This document shows, one piece after another, positions 24,607-32,000 of a stretch of DNA of 32,000 nucleotides. The translations under genes were made by a program, and so were the position numbers. Numbering within the stretch: the first letter of the stretch is position 1; every line of letters begins with the position of its first letter. The stretch comes from Corynebacterium glutamicum ATCC 13032 (GTDB lineage: Bacteria > Actinomycetota > Actinomycetes > Mycobacteriales > Mycobacteriaceae): assembly GCF_000011325.1 (NCBI RefSeq), contig NC_003450.3, forward strand, positions 2,580,001-2,612,000, read 5' to 3'. The notes below the pieces were generated by a model that did not search any database, had not been told where the DNA came from, and saw only the letters and a list, made by a program, of their open reading frames with translations.

Positions 24607-25521
24607 CTAACCCTTCACGGCACCGGCAGCCACACCTTCGATGATGTGCCTCTGCGTGGAGAAGTAGAAGATGACGATGGGGATGATGGCCAAGACCAGC
24701 ATGGCCATCATGGCACCCGTATCGCGGTTACCGTTGGAGCCAACGAAGGATTGGATGACCACCGGGATGGTCTTGTATCGCGTGGACAGGCCAATGACCA
24801 AGTATGGCAGCAGGTAGTCGTTCCACACCCACATGGCATTGAGAATGGCCACGGTGATGGCAGTTGGCTTGAGCATAGGCCAGACTACCCGGAAGTAGTT
24901 CTGGAGCGGACCACAGCCGTCGATCATCGCAGCTTCCTCAACATCCAGAGGAATGGACTTGACGAAGCCCGCAAACATGAACACCGACAGACCGGAACCG
25001 AAACCGAGGTAGAGCACCACGATGCCGATCGGGTTGTTGAGGTGGAGCATGTCTGCAATCTTGACCGTCGGGAACATGACCATCTGGAAGGGGATGATCA
25101 TGGAGACCACGAAGAGGTAGTACAGAAGGTTTGTCCACCAGGTCTTGACGCGCGTGATGTAGTAGGCGGTCATCGCGGAGAAGAACACGATGACGATGAC
25201 GGAGAGGATCGTGATGATGAAGGACCACAATGTGGCCTCCAAGAAGCCCTGCTTGGTCAAGCCCACCATGAAGTTCTCGAAGCCGACCCAGGTTTCACCG
25301 ATGGGAAGGGAGAAAGGATCGGAGGAGATGGCGAACTTGGACTTAAAGGAGTTGATGAAGATGAAGAGGATCGGCCCCAAGAAGACGATGGTGAAGAACG
25401 CCAGAATGGCGTAGACCACGAACTTGGCGCTGCCAGACATGTGGGTCTTATTATCCGAGGGAAGCTGGTGATCCTTCTTCTTCGAGGCCGGAGCGGCCTG
25501 CGCTGAAGTGCTGGTAGTCAT
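24607..25521 (-). CDS. musG: Carbohydrate ABC transporter permease (MalG-like)
   Basis: 304-aa polytopic ORF with the EAA-type loop VEEAAMIDGCGPLQNYFRVVWP. It starts 3 nt after the musF stop. Confidence 0.85.
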   Translation of the reverse strand: MTTSTSAQAAPASKKKDHQLPSDNKTHMSGSAKFVVYAILAFFTIVFLGPILFIFINSFKSKFAISSDPFSLPIGETWVGFENFMVGLTKQGFLEATLWSFIITILSVIVIVFFSAMTAYYITRVKTWWTNLLYYLFVVSMIIPFQMVMFPTVKIADMLHLNNPIGIVVLYLGFGSGLSVFMFAGFVKSIPLDVEEAAMIDGCGPLQNYFRVVWPMLKPTAITVAILNAMWVWNDYLLPYLVIGLSTRYKTIPVVIQSFVGSNGNRDTGAMMAMLVLAIIPIVIFYFSTQRHIIEGVAAGAVKG

Positions 25522-25524
25522 AAC

Positions 25525-26370
25525 TTAAGCCTCGATTTCCTTGGAGCGGGTCGCGCGCAGCTGGAAGTACGCGATGACGACCACAACGACGACGAAGATA
25601 ACGGCCTTGGCCTGACCGACGCCCTCGACATTCATACGGTTAAACAGCGTGTTGATGATGTTGAGCGCCACCATCTCAGTTTGCCCGCCAGGAGCGCCGT
25701 TGGTCAGCGCCAGGTTCTGGTCGAAGAGCTTAAAGGAGTTCGACAAAGTCAAAAAGAGGCAGATGGTGATGGATGGCATGACCATCGGAATAGTGACGTG
25801 CCGCAGCATCTCCCACTTGTTGACGCCGTCGAGTTCGGCAGCCTCAATGAGCTCTGGTGGGACGTTTTGCAGGCCGGCGATGTAAATGATCATCATGTAG
25901 CCGATGAGCTGCCAGTTAAGTAGCATGATGAGGCCGGCGTAGCCGAATTTCCAGTCCGCGCTAATAGTCGTGGCATAGTGCGAAAGCACGGCGTTGATCA
26001 TGGTCTGCCAGGTATAACCCAGCACAATGCCGCCGATAAGGTTCGGCATAAAGAAGACTGTGCGGAAAAAGTTGGTACCGCGGAGTTTGCGGGTCAGCAA
26101 CCACGCCAAGAGGAAGGCGAAGATGTTGACTGTGATCACGGAGACGATGACCACGAGGACGGTGAAACCGAAGGCTGAGATGAAACCTTCGCGTTGGGAG
26201 AAAGCTTTGACGTAGTTGTCTATGCCAACCCACTTGGCGTTGGTGATAGTGGTGAACTTCGTAAAGGAGAGGAAGAAACCCACGATGAACGGCACCAAGA
26301 AGGCAATCATGAATGCCAGAAGGGTGGGCAAGACAAAGACTGGGAAGTACTTCTTCAGCGTTGCTTGCAT
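25525..26370 (-). CDS. musF: Carbohydrate ABC transporter permease (MalF-like)
   Basis: 281-aa polytopic ORF with the EAA loop LIEAAELDGVNKWEMLRHVTIP. Confidence 0.85.
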   Translation of the reverse strand: MQATLKKYFPVFVLPTLLAFMIAFLVPFIVGFFLSFTKFTTITNAKWVGIDNYVKAFSQREGFISAFGFTVLVVIVSVITVNIFAFLLAWLLTRKLRGTNFFRTVFFMPNLIGGIVLGYTWQTMINAVLSHYATTISADWKFGYAGLIMLLNWQLIGYMMIIYIAGLQNVPPELIEAAELDGVNKWEMLRHVTIPMVMPSITICLFLTLSNSFKLFDQNLALTNGAPGGQTEMVALNIINTLFNRMNVEGVGQAKAVIFVVVVVVIAYFQLRATRSKEIEA

Positions 26371-26411
26371 GGTGGTGAAACCTTAATTTCAGGTGGTGCC
26401 ACACGTTTCCC

Positions 26412-26520
26412 AGCGGGGAAGGCGGTGAGGAGAGGAGGCTGAGGATGTGGAATAACTGCTCGCGCACAAGCTCGCGACGCGGGCCACAACCCTCACCTAC
26501 TCCCCTCCCCGCCCTCCGCT
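26412..26520 (-). repeat. Long imperfect GA-rich / CT-rich inverted repeat in the musE-musF spacer (candidate intercistronic mRNA stem-loop)
   Basis: Arm AGCGGGGAAGGCGGTGAGGAGAGGAGGCTGAGGATGTGG (26412-26450) pairs with CCACAACCCTCACCTACTCCCCTCCCCGCCCTCCGCT (26485-26520). I traced roughly 30 base pairs with several bulges by hand. The 34-nt loop contains GCTCGCG twice. Confidence 0.6.
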
Positions 26521-26558
26521 ATTGGAAGGAGTGTGGCGAGGGGGACGGGAATAGAGCT

Positions 26559-27890
26559 TTAGCCCCAGTTGGATTCCTTCTCAGCAGCCCAGTTGTCATT
26601 GAAGTGCTTGACGACGTCCTCCCACTTCAGCTTTCCGGAGGCGTACTGCGACAGATCCTGGCCGAAGTCATCCTTGAACTGCTGGGACGGGAAGTACTGG
26701 AAGTTCCACGGGTAGGTGGTCAGATCCTTGTTAGCGATAGCTTCCGCGACTTGCTCAGAAAGGGGGTCATTCGGGGTGTTCTCAGCGGTGTAGCTTTCGA
26801 ACGGTGCGATGAAGCCAAGGTCCTTCACCACGTGCTCCTTGCCAGCTTCAGAGGTAAACAGCCAATCCACGAAGTCCTTGGTGGCCTGCTGGTCGACCTC
26901 GGAGGCCTCAGAGTTCACGCCCAAATAGTTCTCGGTACCGACGTTGATGCCGTGCTTTTCTTCATCTGGCAGACCCATGTACATGGGCAGGAACTTGATC
27001 TTGTCTTCCTTGACCACGTTGCCAGAAGTCTCGGAAATCTGGGACCATGCCCAGTTACCGTTCTGAACCATAGCGGCCTTGCCCTGTGCGAACTCAGCCA
27101 TGGAATCAGACACCGTCTTAGACGGCGCAAGAGACTTTTCTACGGTGGAGTTCTCAAGGTAGAGATCGAAAAGGTTCTTGTACTCCTTGTTGTAGGAGAA
27201 CTCGATCTCGTTGGTGTCCTCGACTCCCTTGTCCTGGTACTCCTGCCAGATCGGAGCGTTGGCCAGGTGGGTCTGCCAACGCCAGTCCTCACCGGATGTC
27301 AGCGAGGTGGAGGCGAAGGCGCCTTCGATACCGAGCTCGTCCTTCTTTGCCTGCATATCCTCGGCGACTTCCTTGAGCTTCTGGTAGCTCGTGATCTCAT
27401 CCGTGGACTTGATCTTTGCGCCGGACGTGGCGATGTACTTGTCGAAGATCTCGTCGTTGTAGATGATGCCGAAGCCCTCGACGGCGAACGGAACGCCACG
27501 TACCTCGCCATCCTCGGTGGTCAGCGGCGGAATGTCGTCGGTCAGCTGCTTAGCTACCTCGGTGTCCGACATATCTGCCATGTAGTCCTGCCAAGTGATG
27601 AAGCCGGCTGGGCCATTGACCTGGAAGAGAGTCGGGGCTTCGTCCTTGCCAATCTCGGCCTTGAGGGTCTGCTCATAGGAGCCGGAGGCGGCAGTAACGA
27701 CCTTGACCTTAACGCCGGTCTCTTCAGTGTAGGCCTTTGCGATTTCCTGGTATGCCACGTCCTGTTCAGGCTTGAAGTTCAGGAAGTAAACATCGCCTTC
27801 CTCGTCGGTGGAGCCGGAGCACGCGACGAGACTTGCGGCGGCGAGCATGGAGGCCATGCTGATGGATGCGATGCGAGTAAGACGCTTCAA
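26559..27890 (-). CDS. musE: Maltose/maltodextrin-type ABC substrate-binding lipoprotein
   Basis: I prefer the TTG at 27890, giving (M)KRLTRIASISMASMLAAASLVACSG (signal peptide plus lipobox) with GAGGA 4 nt upstream. The track's 42-codon N-terminal extension has no signal-peptide logic. The result is a 443-aa family-1 sugar-binding protein. Confidence 0.8.
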   Translation of the reverse strand: MKRLTRIASISMASMLAAASLVACSGSTDEEGDVYFLNFKPEQDVAYQEIAKAYTEETGVKVKVVTAASGSYEQTLKAEIGKDEAPTLFQVNGPAGFITWQDYMADMSDTEVAKQLTDDIPPLTTEDGEVRGVPFAVEGFGIIYNDEIFDKYIATSGAKIKSTDEITSYQKLKEVAEDMQAKKDELGIEGAFASTSLTSGEDWRWQTHLANAPIWQEYQDKGVEDTNEIEFSYNKEYKNLFDLYLENSTVEKSLAPSKTVSDSMAEFAQGKAAMVQNGNWAWSQISETSGNVVKEDKIKFLPMYMGLPDEEKHGINVGTENYLGVNSEASEVDQQATKDFVDWLFTSEAGKEHVVKDLGFIAPFESYTAENTPNDPLSEQVAEAIANKDLTTYPWNFQYFPSQQFKDDFGQDLSQYASGKLKWEDVVKHFNDNWAAEKESNWG

Positions 27891-28182
27891 GAGGTCCTCA
27901 TCTTTCTTGATAAAAAGCGGGGTGATGAGCCGAGATGGATATCCGGCCCGTATTCGATTGTGTCTGGGAGACCTCCCATAACGAAGGCTTCTTCCCAGCG
28001 CCACCAAGTACTTCATAGCGGATTGCAGTCCGACTATGAACTGGTTAGCCTTCCTTCCACCTTAGTGAGGTATTCCACATATTCACAAGTAATCGGGCCT
28101 AAAACATACAAATACATATAAAAACAGTTGAGGGAAGCAGGGAGGATTTTTGATCGTAGGAGCCGTTGGGGCACGCGAGAGG

Positions 28183-29427
28183 TTATGACAAGTCTTCGTC
28201 TGAAGGGTTTGTGCTGAGGAGGCGAGCCTCGTCGCGGCGGGCCGGAAGCACGGATTCAAGATAGGATGCCGTGGCCTCTGGGAGGGTGACAGCCCCTCCC
28301 CTTTCTTGGGCGAGGAACCAGCGGTGGTCGACGATTTCGTGGAAGATTTGTGCTGGCTCCAGCTTGTCTAACATCTCCACGGGGACGGCGGCGATAGTCG
28401 GTTCGTATTCATTCGTCATCCAGAGATGCGCGGCTTGGGTAAGACCTACATGCGGTCCGCATTCGACGGCCTGATAGGCCTGGATCGAGCCCAATAGGCG
28501 TTGGGCCTGGTGTTCCTCGACGCTCAGCCCGGTTAAGCTCAATAGCTCTGCACGATAGTGGCCCGGATCCACCACTACAGGGCGAATGCGCACAACCTGC
28601 CGCGAATCGTCCTTCGTGACCTTGAGCTCCCCTACGTCAAAGCCCAGTTGATTGAGCCGGTCAATTCTCTCAGAGAGGCGCCAATATTCACTGGCATCGA
28701 CGGATTCCTCCGCGGTGAGCTCCGTCCACAATTCAAGATAAGAGCTTTCGACAAGGCCTCCTAGGGCGATGACATCGATGGACTTATCTAGGCATTCACC
28801 CGCCTGTAGGTCCATGAGTTCGCCAATGATGTTGACGCGGGCGATGTCGACGTCGTAAAGCCTGCGTGATTCAGAGAGGTTGGGCTGGAACTCCCCGGTT
28901 TCGGCATCGACGAGATAGGCGGAATAGGTTTCAGCATCGCGACGAAAGAGAGTATTAGACAGTGACACATCTCCCCAGTAGAAGTTGAGCAGATGCATCC
29001 GCACCAACAGCACGGACAGGGCGCGGATGAGCTTCTCCGATTCCACGACCGTGAGGTGCCGAGAAAAGATCTCGCGATAGGGCAGGGAAAACTCCAAGTG
29101 CTCGGTCACCAAAGCTGCGGTGAGCTCCCCGTAGTCTTCCTCTGCCGGATGGCGTCCGGTGATCACGGCTACGGGGCGCACACTGGGGGCACCAAGGCGC
29201 TGCAGTTCACGCAGCATCTTGTACTCGTGGTGGGCGGTACGCGCACCAATTTCTTTGACCGCGACGATGCCACGGTTGATCCCCACGAAACGCACGATGT
29301 GCCGGGAAATACCCCTGGGCAGCGCGGCGATGAGATTATCGGGCCACTGTTCCAGGGGTGTACCCCAGGGCAGTGTCAGCAGTGCCGACGCGTACGTCGA
29401 CGAGGTGATGCTCATGGACTCTTTCAT
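28183..29427 (-). CDS. DUF4032-type protein with an N-terminal Kdo/RIO-like protein-kinase fold
   Basis: 414-aa ORF with GGAG 10 nt upstream of the ATG. Kinase-like motifs: VAVKEI (lysine), HHEYKMLREL (helix-C Glu), YWGDVSLSNTLF (catalytic-loop D and N) and YLVDAETGE (metal-binding D). Confidence 0.7.
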   Translation of the reverse strand: MKESMSITSSTYASALLTLPWGTPLEQWPDNLIAALPRGISRHIVRFVGINRGIVAVKEIGARTAHHEYKMLRELQRLGAPSVRPVAVITGRHPAEEDYGELTAALVTEHLEFSLPYREIFSRHLTVVESEKLIRALSVLLVRMHLLNFYWGDVSLSNTLFRRDAETYSAYLVDAETGEFQPNLSESRRLYDVDIARVNIIGELMDLQAGECLDKSIDVIALGGLVESSYLELWTELTAEESVDASEYWRLSERIDRLNQLGFDVGELKVTKDDSRQVVRIRPVVVDPGHYRAELLSLTGLSVEEHQAQRLLGSIQAYQAVECGPHVGLTQAAHLWMTNEYEPTIAAVPVEMLDKLEPAQIFHEIVDHRWFLAQERGGAVTLPEATASYLESVLPARRDEARLLSTNPSDEDLS

Positions 29428-29509
29428 GGCGAATCACTCCACCTTTTCTGCTGATTATGGCTAGAACTGCCCTACTCATTACGTGCCTCGGGGTAGCCGG
29501 TACGCGGGC

Positions 29510-30640
29510 TTAAGGGAGGCGCTTGCCAGTCGACGCCGAGAAGTTGTGCTGGCCGCCCTCCACGATGCGTGCGTGGAAAACACTGCCCGGAGCAGGCGCG
29601 GCGTTCGGAGCAGCGCGGACGACGATTTGGCCGGACTCGGGGACATCCTCGCTGGAGGATCCAAGGTCGCCCTCGCCTACCAGCTTGCCGTAGAGGAAGG
29701 AATCGGAACCGAGTTCCTCCACGAAGTCGAGCTTGATTGGGATGGAAAGATCGGTGGACTCGCCTTCCGGAATGATCTCCAGTGCCTCCGGGCGGAAACC
29801 AATGGTGATGCGGCCATTATCCTCCGGCGTCATGGCGGCGAGGGTTTCCGGGGAAAGCTTGATGCGAGCGTGACCAGAGGTAGCGTCACCATCCTTGACC
29901 GAGAAGGTGCCCAAGTTCATGGCTGGGGAGCCGATGAAGCCGGCGACGAAGACGTTGGCGGGGCGGTCATAAAGCTCTCGGGGCGCGCCAACCTGCTGCA
30001 GGTAGCCATCCTTCAGCACCGCGATGCGGTCACCCATGGTCAAGGCCTCCGTCTGGTCGTGGGTGACGTAAACGGTGGTAACCCCAAGCTTGCGCTGCAG
30101 GGCTGCAATCTGGGTACGGGTCTGAACACGCAGCTTGGCATCGAGGTTAGACAGCGGCTCATCCATGAGAAAGACCTGCGGGTTGCGAACAATGGCGCGG
30201 CCCATGGCCACACGCTGACGCTGACCACCGGACAGGGCCTTCGGCTTGCGCTCCAAGAATTCGGTCAGGCCCAAAGTGGCGGCGGCTTCGTCGACGCGCT
30301 TATTGATCTCGTCTTGGGACTTGCCGGCGATCTTCAGTGCGAAGCCCATGTTCTCGCCCACGGTCATGTGGGGGTAGAGAGCATAGTTCTGGAAAACCAT
30401 GGCGATGTCACGGTCACGCGGTGCAACGTGGGTAACGTCCTTGTCTCCGATGAAAATGGCACCGTCAGTAACGTTTTCCAAACCGGCCAGCATGCGCAGC
30501 GTGGTGGATTTACCACAGCCGGAAGGGCCGACGAGGACGAGGAACTCGCCATCGGCGATTTCCAGGTTGAATTTCTTGACGGTGGGTTCCTTTGCTCCCG
30601 GGTAGCTTAGGGAAGCATCTTTGAACGTTACGGTTGCCAT
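29510..30640 (-). CDS. musK: Sugar ABC transporter ATPase (MalK/MsiK type)
   Basis: 376-aa ORF. Motifs: Walker A GPSGCGKST, signature LSGGQRQR, Walker B VFLMDEPLS, and a C-terminal MalK-type regulatory domain. GGAGGAG lies upstream of the ATG. Confidence 0.85.
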   Translation of the reverse strand: MATVTFKDASLSYPGAKEPTVKKFNLEIADGEFLVLVGPSGCGKSTTLRMLAGLENVTDGAIFIGDKDVTHVAPRDRDIAMVFQNYALYPHMTVGENMGFALKIAGKSQDEINKRVDEAAATLGLTEFLERKPKALSGGQRQRVAMGRAIVRNPQVFLMDEPLSNLDAKLRVQTRTQIAALQRKLGVTTVYVTHDQTEALTMGDRIAVLKDGYLQQVGAPRELYDRPANVFVAGFIGSPAMNLGTFSVKDGDATSGHARIKLSPETLAAMTPEDNGRITIGFRPEALEIIPEGESTDLSIPIKLDFVEELGSDSFLYGKLVGEGDLGSSSEDVPESGQIVVRAAPNAAPAPGSVFHARIVEGGQHNFSASTGKRLP

Positions 30641-30767
30641 TGCAGAATCTCCTCCATCGGCAGGTACGTGCCGAACGATCCGTAGTGTGAGAAACAGTGA
30701 AGTGAGTCACTGTGCGCCATCTAGAGTGCTGCCTATGACATTAGCACTAGTTTGGACCCTATGACAA

Positions 30768-30798
30768 AGCCCGGAAGCCATGCCGTGGCTTCCGGGCT
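30768..30798 (-). terminator. Terminator hairpin downstream of the GT2 gene
   Basis: Perfect 13-bp stem AGCCCGGAAGCCA / TGGCTTCCGGGCT with a 5-nt loop. On the minus strand it is followed by TTTGTCAT. Confidence 0.7.
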
Positions 30799-30845
30799 TA
30801 GTTCTTCTAATTCATGGGCGTGGATGAGACGCCGCGGGCATCGAG

Positions 30846-31598
30846 TTACTTCTTGAAGGTGCCTTTAGCTAGGTTAGAGACTTCGGAAACGAAGTCCGGT
30901 ACAGCGTTCTTGGCCGTGGTGGCCTTAGGGCCAAGCTCCATGTCCTTGACCGTGCGGGAGGCGATCTTGGATACTTCCGATGTGAAATCGCTGATCTGCT
31001 CGGAGCGGTGAGCCACTCCCCACTTGGTTACTTCGAGCAGGGAATCCTTGACAAAGGAGCCGTCCAGCTTGGATTCACCAAGCTCGCGCTCGGTGAAGGT
31101 GATCGGAACCTCGCGGACATCGAAGCCATCCTTGATGGCGCGGAAGGCAACGTCCACCTGGAAGATGTATCCGGCGTTGGAAAGCTCCTCAAAGTCGAGG
31201 TGCTCAAGCAGCTCACGCCGGAAAGCACGGTAGCCGGCAGTCATGTCATTGATGCCGGCACCCAGGGCAACAGAAATGTACTTGTTGCCCAAGCGGGACA
31301 GCAGTTCGCGGTTGGCAGGCCAGTTCACTGTCTCTCCACCCGGTACGTAGCGGGAGCCAATGACCAGATCTGCGCCCTTTTCAATTTCCTCAAGCAAGAG
31401 GTGGAGCTGTTCTGGTGCGTGGGAGCCGTCGGCATCCATTTCGCACAGAACATGGTAATCCTTCTCTAGGCCCCACTCGAAGCCGGCGATATAAGCGCCA
31501 AGAAGGCCACCCTTGCCTTCGCGGTGCAGCACGTGCAGGTGAGAATCCTCAGCAGCGAGCTTGTCTGCAGCCTCTCCGGTGCCATCCGGGGCGTGAAC
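30846..31598 (-). pseudogene. Family-2 glycosyltransferase (polyprenol-phosphate mannosyl/glucosyl-transferase-like), 5'-truncated
   Basis: Homology runs in frame upstream of the track start through ...PDGTGEAADKLAAEDSHLHVLHREGKGGLLGAYIAGF... and then meets a TAG at 31599-31601. The expected N-terminal 40-50 residues (the VIPTYNE... and ...VVDD regions) are absent in all three frames. Confidence 0.65.
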
Positions 31599-32000
31599 CT
31601 AGATATTGCAGCACCGAAGCCCAAGAAGTCAGGCCGCCGCACACTCACAAAACCCGAATGGGATGCCGTCATTAAGCATCTGTTAACGCGGGATACCGAG
31701 CCACTGTTAACCCCCACCAAGCACAAGAACATCCGACAAAGCACCAAGAACATCCATGCCCGCATTGTGCGGCTCACTCTCCTCCAAGCCGTTTCAGGGC
31801 TGAGAATTGCCGAAGCCAATCAATTGCAGTGGAAGCACATCATCGACGGTGACGATGGCATGCTCATTAATGCCAGCGCCGATATTGTCAAGGGGCGAAA
31901 AGGCAAGGAAAGAGGGCGGTATATCCCTATCCTGAGGGCCGACGTAGCGGAATACCTGCGTACACACCGCGAGGACGACGAGCATTTCATCGTAGGCTCA
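31596..32000 (+). CDS. Tyrosine recombinase / phage-type integrase, catalytic-domain portion; N-terminal domain missing; continues past the right edge
   Basis: The plus frame is open from about 31596 to 32000 and is absent from the track because it has no stop. The translation is ...RRTLTKPEWDAVIKHLL...ARIVRLTLLQAVSGLRIAEANQLQWKHI...RGRYIPILRADVAEYL..., which shows the start of the catalytic domain and the box-I arginine (GLRIAEA). No N-terminal SAM-like domain precedes it. Confidence 0.65.

Noticed and set aside
24574-25506. 310-aa plus-strand ORF rich in D/E/H/G
   Set aside because: It is antisense to the musG permease gene. Its composition is the complement of hydrophobic codons. It is not a real gene.
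27891-28016. 42-codon N-terminal extension of musE
   Set aside because: The extension is Arg-rich and non-hydrophobic. The TTG at 27890 gives a standard lipoprotein signal (LVAC lipobox) behind a GAGGA.
26445-28121. 558-aa plus-strand ORF
   Set aside because: It is antisense to musE and its upstream region. It has no recognisable domain, and its composition is typical of a shadow frame.
29483-30610. 375-aa plus-strand ORF
   Set aside because: It is antisense to musK (Walker A, Walker B and signature motifs all present on the minus strand). It is a shadow ORF.

Overview
This window looks like a core chromosomal segment of a Corynebacterium glutamicum-type actinobacterium. That call rests on my recollection of the MetB protein sequence and of the local gene order; I could not run a database search. 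Left to right the genes are:
- a peptide/nickel ABC transporter (permease partial, plus a Tat-lipoprotein binding protein);
- an FAD/NAD(P)-binding protein and a class-III aminotransferase;
- a DUF222/HNH (13E12-type) endonuclease, a DedA membrane protein, an SDR and a divergent TetR regulator;
- metB, an orphan ABC ATPase, truncated haemoglobin glbO and chromate transporter chrA;
- a translationally coupled thioesterase/hypothetical pair and a frameshifted phosphodiesterase pseudogene;
- ettA, an SSB paralog and the CopD-CtaG fusion ctiP;
- tRNA-Arg(TCT), secreted alkaline phosphatase phoB and tRNA-His(GTG);
- a 0.9-kb gene-free, repeat-dense gap;
- the maltose ABC importer locus musI-musG-musF-musE, a DUF4032 kinase-like gene and musK;
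- a glycosyltransferase-2 gene whose 5' end is cut off by a junction with a 5'-truncated tyrosine-recombinase gene that runs off the right edge.

I saw no rRNA, CRISPR array, IS element/transposase or recognisable defence system. The points most worth a second look are:
- the repeat array behind tRNA-His, where the 7-mer TTCGTAA/TTACGAA is massively over-represented, alongside tandem 17-mers, a C-tract block and a Cheo-box-like dyad next to a TACAAT;
- the GT2/integrase double-truncation junction;
- the kinase-like DUF4032 gene embedded in the mus locus;
- the long GA/CT-rich inverted repeat in the musE-musF spacer;
- the SSB paralog that keeps a PF tip.

Many long ORFs in the supplied track are antisense shadows of real genes and were rejected.
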